The position numbers were made by a program, and so were the translations under genes. From IMG/VR virus record IMGVR_UViG_2775507097_000001, positions 29,192 through 93,191 of that record: 64,000 nt of DNA. One strand, written 5' to 3'. Positions 44,058-52,821 of the stretch are shown in pieces; within the stretch, counting starts at the first letter, position 1, and every line of letters begins with the position of its first letter. The DNA is from a virus (Duplodnaviria; Caudoviricetes). The notes under the pieces are model-generated. The model had not been told where the DNA came from, did no database searches, and worked only from the letters and a program-made list of their open reading frames with translations.

Positions 44058-44315
44058 GTGACCCGCAAAACACCCACCTTCGTCACCTTCACCACCGGCG
44101 CCCAGCTCCTCATCAACGAGGGCCTGGTGGAGAGCATCACGCCCGACGGCCTCCGGTACATCGCCCGAAAAGCCAAGGACTGGCCATTCGGGGACAAGCC
44201 CGGAAGGCACCCCTACGTCATGGTCGGCAACGCGCGAACCATGGAAACCGGTGTCTTCCTGGCGTACTTCAAGGCAGGACCGCCTCGAGGCGGCCGCGGG
44301 CCGAACAAGTCTTAG
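44058..44315 (+). CDS. Small DNA-binding protein
   Basis: TF..GA..L...G....IT.DGLRYIAR...DWPF..GNA. Confidence 0.7.
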   Translation: MTRKTPTFVTFTTGAQLLINEGLVESITPDGLRYIARKAKDWPFGDKPGRHPYVMVGNARTMETGVFLAYFKAGPPRGGRGPNKS

Positions 44316-44559
44316 GTCGCGTCTCCGACCAGCTCAGATCGCAGCCTGAGCCCGGAAACGCCGAACGGCCGGCTAGAGGTCGCAGCGCCCCATACCGGCC
44401 GTCCAAAGCACAACCAGCGGATTGGCGTCCGCTGGCTCGAGAAGTCCCACATGCGATTGAGCGAGGCTTCATGCTCAGAGTAGCGGGTGTTGGCGTATCG
44501 CCAAGTAGTCACCCTCATCAGACGCGCCACATGATCCACGTCGTGACGGAGGTGTCACG

Positions 44560-45828
44560 GTGAGGAAGCGCAGCGGTCGGCCGCCGCGGTTCGCGGCAAT
44601 CCCCAACGAGACGATCGATGACTCGGCGAGCCTGGACTTCATGGCTCTTGCCCTGCTCAGCGTGCTTCTCCGGCATCGAGACGGGTGGAACATTACGCTT
44701 GCGGTGATCGGCGCGAAGTACGGATATGGCCGTGATGCACTGGCGAAGGCGATGGGGTTTCTCCAGGTCGCCCGGTACGTGGTGAAGATCCGAATCATGT
44801 CGGCCGAAACCAACCAGTGGTCGACGGAGATGTGCGTCTACGACACGCCCGCCACGGACGCGGAGGTTGCCGCCCTGCTGGAGGCGGTTCGTCGGGAACC
44901 GGATGTGCGCGCAGTGCAGGTCATCGAGCCGACGGAGGCCGCTGTCGAACACGCGGCGAAGAGGCGGGCCAAGTTGCAGCCCGCGGACCGCCGGACCTCC
45001 CCCAGCGTCGCAATCCCCCGAGTGCCGGAAAACCCGCACTCGGGCGCGGCCAGCGAGAACGGCGAGTTTCCCCAGGTGAGCCCCGAGTGCCGGGATTCCC
45101 GACAGTCGGGGAACCCTGCAGTCTTTAAGAAGACGGTGAGTAAGAAGACTGGAGAAGATGAAGAGCCCTGGGGTGACGGCCGGAGGCCTTCTACAGGTAG
45201 GGGGTCATCGAGCGCTGGCGGCTCCGCCGCGTCCGGCAAGACGAAGCCCCCATTCTCCCGAGACGAACGCGCCCAGTACGACGCGTTCGTGAAAGCCCTC
45301 CCCTCCCCCCTCGCTGCTCTGGTGCCCCGAGGGCTGCCGGATGCTTTGGTGCGGGCCGTACTGGCCGCGGTGGACATCAGCAGCCCAGAAGGCCGCACCG
45401 TGGAGCAGCTGGTGCGGTACCGGCTGATGCCGAAGTGGGATCGGTACTACAGCTCCCGAGACCAGGCCGGCCCGATCGAGAAGCCGGTGGGTGTGCTGGT
45501 GGCGATGCTGCGCCGGGATGCCGAGTGCGGGGACGCCCGGTGCGACGAGCGGACGAACGTAGACACGGGGCAGGCATGCAGCGCGTGCGAGATGCGGGCT
45601 GTGGACCGGCGTGCCGACCGCGAGAAGGACCGGCAGACCTCGGATGCTGCCGTGGTTCCGGCTGCCGTTCCCGGACCGCGCACAACGGCTCCCAGGGCGT
45701 CGGCGGCTTCGGCAGTGAAGGTTGCGCCCGTGGTGGTGGACCCTGCGTCTGTTCCTCTTGGGAACTACCGGAGTGGTGCGCAGATGGCCCGGGCGGGGAT
45801 GGTCGACAAGGCGTACCGGCCGAGGTGA
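44560..45828 (+). CDS. Phage replication initiator (wHTH, lambda-O-like organisation)
   Basis: F..IPN...D...L.F.AL.LL..LL....GW N-terminal HTH; central repeat linker; C-terminal C.D..C.E. Confidence 0.8.
   Translation: MRKRSGRPPRFAAIPNETIDDSASLDFMALALLSVLLRHRDGWNITLAVIGAKYGYGRDALAKAMGFLQVARYVVKIRIMSAETNQWSTEMCVYDTPATDAEVAALLEAVRREPDVRAVQVIEPTEAAVEHAAKRRAKLQPADRRTSPSVAIPRVPENPHSGAASENGEFPQVSPECRDSRQSGNPAVFKKTVSKKTGEDEEPWGDGRRPSTGRGSSSAGGSAASGKTKPPFSRDERAQYDAFVKALPSPLAALVPRGLPDALVRAVLAAVDISSPEGRTVEQLVRYRLMPKWDRYYSSRDQAGPIEKPVGVLVAMLRRDAECGDARCDERTNVDTGQACSACEMRAVDRRADREKDRQTSDAAVVPAAVPGPRTTAPRASAASAVKVAPVVVDPASVPLGNYRSGAQMARAGMVDKAYRPR
45016..45120. repeat. Iteron-like repeats; probable replication origin inside the initiator gene
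   Basis: CCCCGAGTGCCGG at 45016 and 45081; palindrome CCCGAGTGC-N10-GCACTCGGG; A-rich tract follows. Confidence 0.65.
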
Positions 45829-45844
45829 CCCCCAACACACTCCA

Positions 45845-45871
45845 TCTTGTATTGCGTACGTAATAGAAGAT
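45845..45871 (+). promoter_or_regulatory. Repeated palindromic promoter/operator, copy 1
   Basis: TCTTGTATTGCGTACGTAATAGAAGAT, identical at 49277; TTGCGT-18-TAGTGT. Confidence 0.75.
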
Positions 45872-46016
45872 GAGTTAGTGTCTTACACGTACCCGGGACC
45901 GGCTGAACACAGCTACCAGGCCAGGATCAGCCGGCCCCGGACCCTCCCAAAACTCCAGGACGGGCGTGCCACAGCATCCCCGACAAGCCCCCACCACGCC
46001 CTCCTGGAGACCCGAA

Positions 46017-46178
46017 GTGACCGACGACAGCCCCCACAACGACCAGAACCCGACCCCCTACCTCAGCATCATCGCCCTCGCCGCCCTCTACTTGCTGATC
46101 CGCACGATCGGAGGCCAACCCGAAGACGCCACCGCCGCAATCACGGTGGCCAGCCCCCTACTCGACGTCCGCCTCTAG
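46017..46178 (+). CDS. Small membrane peptide
   Basis: RBS GGAGA, GTG start, hydrophobic YLSIIALAALYLLI. Confidence 0.5.
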   Translation: MTDDSPHNDQNPTPYLSIIALAALYLLIRTIGGQPEDATAAITVASPLLDVRL

Positions 46179-46293
46179 CCAGGGCCCGCCCGAATCCCCC
46201 CGGGTGGGCCCTCCCTCATAAGCGGGGGGAACACGCGACAGATTCCACGGCACCGTGAAGGTGCGCCCACCCACCAACCTGCGGGAGCCCCGG

Positions 46294-47301
46294 ATGCCCG
46301 ACCCGTACTACAACGATGACCAGGTGACACTCCTCCTCGGCGACGCATTGGAGCAGTTGCGCACCCTGCCCGATGGCTCGGTCGACTGCGTCGTCACCTC
46401 GCCCCCGTACTACGGGCTCCGTGACTACGGCACCGAAGGGCAGTACGGGCTGGAGTCGACGCCCGCGGCCTACGTCGAAACGATGCGTGCCCTATTCGCC
46501 GAAGGGCGACGCGTCCTTGCCAACGACGGAACGCTGTGGCTCAACCTCGGCGACAGCTACGCCGGCTCCTGGGGTAACCAGGGTCGTGGCGAGCCGCGGC
46601 CGATGAAGCAGGAAGTTCACGACGGCAGATACCCCGACAAGGGGGCCCGGACTGGTGCTGTATCGCCGGGAGCGCCGCCCGCGAAGAACCTTTTGGGCAT
46701 TCCGTGGCGGGTGGCATTCGCGCTCCAGGACGACGGCTGGATCCTCCGCAACGAGATCATCTGGTCGAAGCCCAACGCGATGCCGGAATCCGTGCGCGAC
46801 AGGCTCAGTAGCAGGCACGAGCATCTGTTCCTCTTCGCCAAGTCGCCACGGTACGCCTTTGACCTCGACGCGATCCGAGTGCCGCACACTTCGCCGCGCG
46901 CGAGGCTTCTCGCTGGCACCTCAACCGGCGGGCAGTCCCGCACAGGTAAAGCGACCGGCATCGGCGTGGGTGACCGCGACGGAGGCACCGCGGGCGGCGA
47001 CCTGTCAGCCACCTCCCACGCGCTTGGACGGAATCCGGGCGACGTCTGGTCGATCAGCACGGCCAAGTACCCTGCCGCGCACTTCGCGGTGTTCCCGATC
47101 GACCTGCCGCTGCGCTGCATCAAGGCCGGATGCCGTCCGGGCGGGACTGTCCTCGACCCGTTCTCCGGGAGCGGCACGACTGGCGCAGCCGCCAGACAGC
47201 TCGGCCGTAAGTACATCGGCATAGACCTGAACCCGGCCTACCACGAGTTGGCCCGCGAGCGCTTCGCGCAGGGCGTCCTCGACCTCGACCTGCCTGCGTG
47301 A
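46294..47301 (+). CDS. DNA methyltransferase (N4-C/N6-A, beta class)
   Basis: DCVVTSPPY (motif IV) precedes VLDPFSGSGTT (motif I); HFAVFP. Confidence 0.95.
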   Translation: MPDPYYNDDQVTLLLGDALEQLRTLPDGSVDCVVTSPPYYGLRDYGTEGQYGLESTPAAYVETMRALFAEGRRVLANDGTLWLNLGDSYAGSWGNQGRGEPRPMKQEVHDGRYPDKGARTGAVSPGAPPAKNLLGIPWRVAFALQDDGWILRNEIIWSKPNAMPESVRDRLSSRHEHLFLFAKSPRYAFDLDAIRVPHTSPRARLLAGTSTGGQSRTGKATGIGVGDRDGGTAGGDLSATSHALGRNPGDVWSISTAKYPAAHFAVFPIDLPLRCIKAGCRPGGTVLDPFSGSGTTGAAARQLGRKYIGIDLNPAYHELARERFAQGVLDLDLPA

Positions 47302-47429
47302 TCGCTAGGCCCACCCGTCACCCCCCGGGTGGGCCCTCTTCATGCGCCTAGGCGTTCGACTCACTCGAGGACTTCGAGGTCCCGCGGGCCCCACAATCTG
47401 AGCAGCACCCGCCCACGAAACGGAGACCG

Positions 47430-47828
47430 ATGATCCCCGCCAACGGATCGCACTACGTCCACTTCGAGAAGAACGGCAGCGGCTACGTTCCCAGGCTGCC
47501 CGTTGTCGCCTGGGACGACGACGGCTTCCCCCTCGTCGTAAAGAGGGGCATGCTGCGCCGCGCCTCCGACCTCGGCAGCGTCACCGGCATCCATCAGAAT
47601 CATGCTGAGGTTGTCGGCGCTGTACCGGGTGGTGGCTGGCTGATCGACTGCACCGACAGCGAAGGCAACTCCTGGACGACGCCGATCCTCGCTTGGACGA
47701 TCCACGCGGACACCACGGCGATCCCTCTCACGTCGGACAGCGACGGGGTGACCAGCGATGCGACGGAAGGCCTCGAGTCGTACCGCATCTACCACCCGGA
47801 CATGACGGACGTTCAGAGCGGCGAGTAG
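47430..47828 (+). CDS. Hypothetical protein
   Basis: RBS GGAGA; P.VAW...G motif repeated. Confidence 0.7.
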   Translation: MIPANGSHYVHFEKNGSGYVPRLPVVAWDDDGFPLVVKRGMLRRASDLGSVTGIHQNHAEVVGAVPGGGWLIDCTDSEGNSWTTPILAWTIHADTTAIPLTSDSDGVTSDATEGLESYRIYHPDMTDVQSGE

Positions 47829-47978
47829 CCAGTCCCGGCCCGGCCACCGTCCTGTGCGGTGTCCGGGCCGCTGTACGCCCCGTGGGGCGTCTCGAGTCGG
47901 CTCCCGCCCCGTACTCCCCCACCGTCCCGGCCGGATCGCGCTCTACCCCCGTCCAGCCTGCTCGTTGACCCTCGAACC

Positions 47979-48227
47979 ATGGGCGCTGGGGAGCAGCTCG
48001 GAGCATGCGACGAATGCGGCAGCAGTCGGGGGCGGGTACGGGACTTGGGGCTGCGGGATCCGCTCGCCCTGTGCGGGGACTGCCTGAACGGCGCAGTCAC
48101 GGCGTGGCGGGGGATCGACCCGACGCCATTGACGACGTCCGAGGTGGAGCGGGCGGCCGCGGCAGGGATGGACCCGAGGATGCTGCGCCGGCGCCTCGAC
48201 ACCGCACGCGAGGGTGATACCGCCTGA
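47979..48227 (+). CDS. Small Zn-finger protein
   Basis: CDEC...CGDC; start uncertain. Confidence 0.45.
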   Translation: MGAGEQLGACDECGSSRGRVRDLGLRDPLALCGDCLNGAVTAWRGIDPTPLTTSEVERAAAAGMDPRMLRRRLDTAREGDTA

Positions 48228-48241
48228 AACCGGGCCACGCC

Positions 48242-48439
48242 TTACGCGGCGTGGTCGTCGTCCGCGGTCGGGAGCTCGGTGTGGCCCTCGTGCCAGGGGT
48301 TCGTCCACCCACAGGCGCCGCAGGCGTACCGGCCGTTCACCCCGGCGATCTGCGTTCCGCAGCGGCGGCAGTCCGTGGTGGTGATCTCCTGCGACTCAAG
48401 GAACGCCACGGCCGGCGTCGGGGCGTGTTCAGCGGTCAT
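48242..48439 (-). CDS. Small Zn-ribbon protein
   Basis: CRRC...G..GRYAC..CGW. Confidence 0.7.
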   Translation of the reverse strand: MTAEHAPTPAVAFLESQEITTTDCRRCGTQIAGVNGRYACGACGWTNPWHEGHTELPTADDDHAA

Positions 48440-48663
48440 GGGCGGCACCCTACCTGCGGGGCGGGTGCGGTACCGGAGATGGGCCCACACAAAGGGCACA
48501 GCCACGATCCGTCAGGGCCTTGCTGTCCGGAGCCTCCGCACTTCGTGCACTGCACGGCGTCCACCGTCCCTCGGTTCGGATTGTCGGGTCTCTTGAGGAT
48601 CCCGCGGGAGGCGTGCGGGCGGTAGATGACGGGGCGGCCGGGGTCTTCCCTGCGGGTCCCGGG

Positions 48664-49221
48664 TCAGCCGCCCGGTGTGGGCGAGGGCCGCAGTGCTCCC
48701 TTCGCTGCCGCCACCAGTTTCATTCGGCACCGCTGTCCCGCCGTCTCCAGGACCGGCCAGCGCGCCCACTGCCGGTCGAACGGGTAGGACGCGTCGGCCT
48801 GCTGGTCCAGGTACTCGCGGAGTTCCTCGACATGGTTCGCCATGTCCTCCACGGCGTTCTCCACGGCCTCCGGGCCCAGCAGGTGCGCGCGTTCCAGGGG
48901 CTTGCGGAGGGGCGTCTCTATGGCGTCCACGGCCATTGCGATGGCTTGGTGGAAGTTCTCCGTCTCCCCGTGGTCGTCCATCCACCGCTCGCGCTCGTCC
49001 CAGGTCTCCACGATGCCTTTCGCGTCGCGCACGGCGGCGTCCCAGGCGTCCAGGAGCAGCAGGTAGGCCTCCTGGCGTTGTCCTCGGAGCCACTGCCCGT
49101 GTTCCACGACGGCCTGGTCGGTGACCCCGCGGCGGCCGACGTAGATGCCGGCGAAGGTGCCGCCGATACCGAACACGCCTGCTGCGATGGCGGCGACGAT
49201 GGCCGCCCATGCGTCTGTCAT
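48664..49221 (-). CDS. Membrane-anchored helical protein (moron)
   Basis: N-terminal TM, then W.R..R.EAY..LL motif. Confidence 0.7.
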   Translation of the reverse strand: MTDAWAAIVAAIAAGVFGIGGTFAGIYVGRRGVTDQAVVEHGQWLRGQRQEAYLLLLDAWDAAVRDAKGIVETWDERERWMDDHGETENFHQAIAMAVDAIETPLRKPLERAHLLGPEAVENAVEDMANHVEELREYLDQQADASYPFDRQWARWPVLETAGQRCRMKLVAAAKGALRPSPTPGG

Positions 49222-49276
49222 GCCGTCATCCTGCCGCTCGGGGGCGGGGTTGGGGAGGGCTCTCACACACCACACC

Positions 49277-49303
49277 TCTTGTATTGCGTACGTAATAGAA
49301 GAT
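49277..49303 (+). promoter_or_regulatory. Repeated palindromic promoter/operator, copy 2
   Basis: Identical 27-mer; TTGCGT-17-TAGGGT. Confidence 0.75.
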
Positions 49304-49344
49304 AGGTAGGGTGGACCCCACACCAACACCCCAGGGGGAACCCA

Positions 49345-49605
49345 ATGGCCACCGTCACCCTCACCAAAGACGCCGTCACCCTCTACGACATCGAGCAGAA
49401 CCGCGTCTGGGACACCATGAGCGCCCGCGACGGCGAGCGCGACGTGCGACTCTGCCGCGAACTGGGCGACACCGTCCAGGAGTACGAGACCACCGACCGC
49501 GACGGCAACCCGTACCGCATCGTCTTCCAGATCAACGCCCCCATGGCACACCGCGGCCAGGACCAGGGCGGCGTGTACGTCTTCCCGCTTCCCGCTGCGA
49601 ACTGA
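49345..49605 (+). CDS. Small acidic hypothetical protein
   Basis: Directly behind promoter copy 2 and followed by the hairpin TGCCCCGGCC...GGCCGGGGCA (49615-49639). Confidence 0.75.
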   Translation: MATVTLTKDAVTLYDIEQNRVWDTMSARDGERDVRLCRELGDTVQEYETTDRDGNPYRIVFQINAPMAHRGQDQGGVYVFPLPAAN

Positions 49606-49701
49606 CCGACCACCTGCCCCGGCCACTCAGGCCGGGGCAATGCCGTGCCCGATCCGCGAAACCATGACCGTGGACACGCCTCCCCGCCCCTGGAGCAGCC
49701 C

Positions 49702-50445
49702 ATGCCCAACACCAGCCCACAGCCCGAGCGCACCCCGTACTGCCACAAGATCCGCTACGGCATCACCGGCGCCCCGATCCTCGACGAGAGCGAGATGGAC
49801 GGCAGCCACGCCCCCGGTGTCGGTGTTAAGCCAGCGCTGATCGAACTCATCTACAGCGCGGCCCAGGACAGCCAGCCCGCGGTGCCTGCCCGCGTCAGCG
49901 CCTCCGTGACCGGCTGGTGGATGCGGTTCGGCGAGCGCGTGCAGCCCGAGAGGCAGGTGACGACGCACTTCACGAACGGCCCGAACGGCTGGCCCGCGTG
50001 GCTGGCCAAGGAGGCGCGGCTCCACGACCCGGCCGCCGCTGTGTCGTCTGCGTCCGACGGGCTGCCCCGCATGGCTGAGGAGGCGCAGCGTGGCTGGCAG
50101 CAGTGCCCGGCCTCCGAGTTCGACGGCTACGGCCTCCAGTGCCAAAAGGAAGCTGGGCACAACCTGTGCACCTTCGAGGAGCCAGGGCAAGCCGACGAGG
50201 CGCAGCAGCCCGAGACGCAGGCCGCTGTGGCGTACCGCTCGCCCGGCACGCGAACGCTGTACTGCCTCACCTGCGCACGGCAGGAGACCGCCTGGCGCCC
50301 CGTCACCAAGGCCGACGTGCGCGACGACACCGAGTGCGACTTCTGCGGAGGCCGGGTCCTCGCTGTCGCCTCCCGGACGCTCGGCGAGGTCGTTGCCCGC
50401 TACCTGCCCGCCGCCGTATCCCAGCCCGGCAAGGAGGAGGTCTGA
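49702..50445 (+). CDS. Hypothetical mosaic protein with Cys motifs
   Basis: RBS GGAG; several CxxC motifs. Confidence 0.65.
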   Translation: MPNTSPQPERTPYCHKIRYGITGAPILDESEMDGSHAPGVGVKPALIELIYSAAQDSQPAVPARVSASVTGWWMRFGERVQPERQVTTHFTNGPNGWPAWLAKEARLHDPAAAVSSASDGLPRMAEEAQRGWQQCPASEFDGYGLQCQKEAGHNLCTFEEPGQADEAQQPETQAAVAYRSPGTRTLYCLTCARQETAWRPVTKADVRDDTECDFCGGRVLAVASRTLGEVVARYLPAAVSQPGKEEV

Positions 50446-50447
50446 CC

Positions 50448-50768
50448 ATGGCCGGCGCCGATCGGAAAAAGCTGCTCCGCCAACTCGAAGGCCGCATCAG
50501 GCGGGGCATCGCCCTCACCGACACACGCTGGCAACTCAGGGACACCGGCATGACAGCAGACGAACTGTGGGCGTTCGAACTGCCGATCCGACGCCGCATC
50601 CGCGAAGAACGAGCCGGAAGGCACCGCAAGGGTGAGCGACGTCGCCTGACCGGGCCCACGTCTCGCCGATCCCGCCGGCCCGCTCCCGTACCCCACGCCC
50701 CCGGCGCGCTGCCCGGCCAAACCCAACTGGACCTGTTCTTCCATCAGCCCACCTTGGACAGCATCTGA
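50448..50768 (+). CDS. Hypothetical basic protein
   Basis: RBS GGAGG; PGQ..LDLF tail. Confidence 0.6.
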   Translation: MAGADRKKLLRQLEGRIRRGIALTDTRWQLRDTGMTADELWAFELPIRRRIREERAGRHRKGERRRLTGPTSRRSRRPAPVPHAPGALPGQTQLDLFFHQPTLDSI

Positions 50769-51100
50769 TGACCATCACCGTGACGCACGAGGGCAACGAC
50801 CCCATGGGAGCCCCCAGCACCCACCGCGGGCTCCTCGAGAACTGCAGCGCCCCCGACTGCCAAGACCGCGTCCTCGAGCAGCAGAACGCCTGGGGCGTGT
50901 ACTGCCCGCACGGCAAGCAGATCGTGGAGAAGGACCCCGACCGCACCGACCCCGAGGGCTACCCCGTCGGCCGGCTCGTCGACCCGTGGCCCTGCACCGT
51001 CGACGGCTGCACCCTCGAGGCGTTCGAGCAGCGCGAGCAGGAACGCGAAGACGAGTACTGGGACGCGATGAACGAGATCGCATCGGACGTGTACCGGTGA
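50768..51100 (+). CDS. Hypothetical protein
   Basis: TGATG coupling. Confidence 0.7.
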   Translation: MTITVTHEGNDPMGAPSTHRGLLENCSAPDCQDRVLEQQNAWGVYCPHGKQIVEKDPDRTDPEGYPVGRLVDPWPCTVDGCTLEAFEQREQEREDEYWDAMNEIASDVYR

Positions 51101-51216
51101 TAGCCGACCTGCTGTCCGCCGTGGCCATCGTCGCCCTGGTCTGCGCGTGGACGTTCCTTGCCACCGTCCGCTGGGCGCGATTCGACCGCACCCCACCCGA
51201 GAGGACCCGCCCGTGA
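51097..51216 (+). CDS. Small membrane peptide
   Basis: GTGA coupling at both ends; hydrophobic. Confidence 0.55.
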   Translation: MIADLLSAVAIVALVCAWTFLATVRWARFDRTPPERTRP

Positions 51217-51431
51217 CCGACAGCATGGCCGCCCGGGTACGCATAGCACTCGCCGCCGCAGGCCCCACCGTGGTGCCCGCCCGGTTCAGGGACGCCTACC
51301 AGCGCGGCGGAACCCCCACCCACACGCACCTGGTCGCCATCGCGGCCGCCGCCGGCACCACCCCGATCTGGCTGATGACCGGCTGGCCCGCAGCCCACGC
51401 CATCAACGCCCTCGAGAGGACCCGGCCGTGA
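51213..51431 (+). CDS. Small HTH-like protein
   Basis: IA.A.GTT..WL.TG, an XRE-type C-terminus. Confidence 0.55.
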   Translation: MTDSMAARVRIALAAAGPTVVPARFRDAYQRGGTPTHTHLVAIAAAAGTTPIWLMTGWPAAHAINALERTRP

Positions 51432-51832
51432 CCGACTACAGGGAATCCCAGGTCGACGCGCAGCTCGACGAGTACTTCGCGAAGCGGCAAGCCGCCCGTG
51501 CCGCCAGAGTCCGCGCCTTCCTCGACAGCCTCACCGCCCGCGAACGCGCACTCTTCCGAGACGCCGCCGTCATGGGCTACGTCCGCGGCACCATGCATCC
51601 CCGAGACGCGGAAGTCCCCCTCAACCAGGCCATCGTCGACGACGTCGTCCACGCCTGCTTCGTCTACCCCGACCTGTACCCGGCCGTCGCCACCATCGAG
51701 CGATGCCCCGGCTTCCCAGAGAAGTGCCCGAACCTGCGCGTCGTGCCCGCAGACCCGCCCACGCACGACGGCGGAGTCCGCTGCGGATGCGCCGACGACC
51801 CCGAGGACGAATCTGAAGGAGGACGCGCGTGA
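51428..51832 (+). CDS. Hypothetical protein with C-terminal CxGFPxxCP...CGC motif
   Basis: GTGA coupling; EAAVMGYV.G-like motif. Confidence 0.7.
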   Translation: MTDYRESQVDAQLDEYFAKRQAARAARVRAFLDSLTARERALFRDAAVMGYVRGTMHPRDAEVPLNQAIVDDVVHACFVYPDLYPAVATIERCPGFPEKCPNLRVVPADPPTHDGGVRCGCADDPEDESEGGRA

Positions 51833-52425
51833 CCAAGCACATCGAGCAGGTTGAGGCCATCAACGCCGAACGCGCCGCCATGCCCAAAGAGCAGCGGGTA
51901 GCGCTCGAAGCTGCCGATGCCCCGCTGCTGCGCATCCAACTCGCGTACGCCATGCAGCGCGCCGAGGACGCCGAAGCGAAGACGGGGCCCACCGACGCGC
52001 TCGAGCAGCGCCTGGCAGCGATGGAGAAGCTGGCCGCGGCCTGGCAGAAGGAAGCCGAGCGTGCCCGCAAGGATCTCGCGGACCAGGCATACCCGGACGA
52101 CGCCATCGAGTTCGTCGCCTGGTCCGCGCTGGCCGGACCGCTCCCCGAGGTGGACATCATTTCCATCCTCCGAACGATCCGTCAGTGCCGGTACGTGGCC
52201 GCGAACTCCATCCACGTGTTCCTCGACGACTGGAAGGCCGCCAAGAAGCGCGTCACGGACCTCCATAGCCCCGTTCAGCACATGGGGCAGACCTGGTGCG
52301 GCGAGTGCTCCGTACGGCGCTCCACGGGCCCGAAGGCGGAGGAATGGGTGGCGTACATCCCCCACCCGTGCCCGACCCTCGACGCGCTCGAGGGCAAGGG
52401 CTGGCCCAAAGAGGAGGACAGGTGA
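51829..52425 (+). CDS. Hypothetical protein
   Basis: LH.P.......C.EC...PCPT C-terminal motif. Confidence 0.7.
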   Translation: MTKHIEQVEAINAERAAMPKEQRVALEAADAPLLRIQLAYAMQRAEDAEAKTGPTDALEQRLAAMEKLAAAWQKEAERARKDLADQAYPDDAIEFVAWSALAGPLPEVDIISILRTIRQCRYVAANSIHVFLDDWKAAKKRVTDLHSPVQHMGQTWCGECSVRRSTGPKAEEWVAYIPHPCPTLDALEGKGWPKEEDR

Positions 52426-52820
52426 CTGAGCAGCCCCCGGCCGCACCACAGCCCTGCGCCGGCTTCCCCGACCAGTGTCCCTACCTGCTCACCGTCGACC
52501 CGAATCCACCGCACCACGGTGGCGGTGTCTGCTGCGGATGCAACGCCCGCCGAGACCTCGAGGACATGGCCTTCGAACTCGCCACCGGCGCTGGCGTCGT
52601 CGACCCTCGCGCGTACAAGGCCACCCTGGACCGGTACGCCGCGCAGGTCCTCACCCGGCACGCTGAGTTCCTTGAGAACCTCCCACCCGGTGGTGAAGCC
52701 CTCAAGGGACCGTACTGGTACCGCAACGGCATCACCGACGCGGCCTACTTGGCCCGCGACAAGGCCGACTGGTACGACCACGAAGCCGAGAAGAAGACCG
52801 ATCAGCCCAAGGAGGACTGA
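52422..52820 (+). CDS. Hypothetical protein with N-terminal CxGFPxxCP...CGC motif
   Basis: RBS GAGGAGG; GTGA coupling. Confidence 0.7.
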   Translation: MTEQPPAAPQPCAGFPDQCPYLLTVDPNPPHHGGGVCCGCNARRDLEDMAFELATGAGVVDPRAYKATLDRYAAQVLTRHAEFLENLPPGGEALKGPYWYRNGITDAAYLARDKADWYDHEAEKKTDQPKED

Positions 52821-52821
52821 C

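Noticed and set aside
45844-45871. 28-bp 11-6-11 palindrome as a dif or att site
   Set aside because: It does not resemble the XerC/XerD arm consensus, the spacer is symmetric, no recombinase is in the window, and it aligns with -35/-10 elements.
31498-47301. Mrr-like nuclease plus MTase as a restriction-modification system
   Set aside because: The genes are 14 kb apart in different operons; the nuclease is membrane-anchored and linked to the translocase module.
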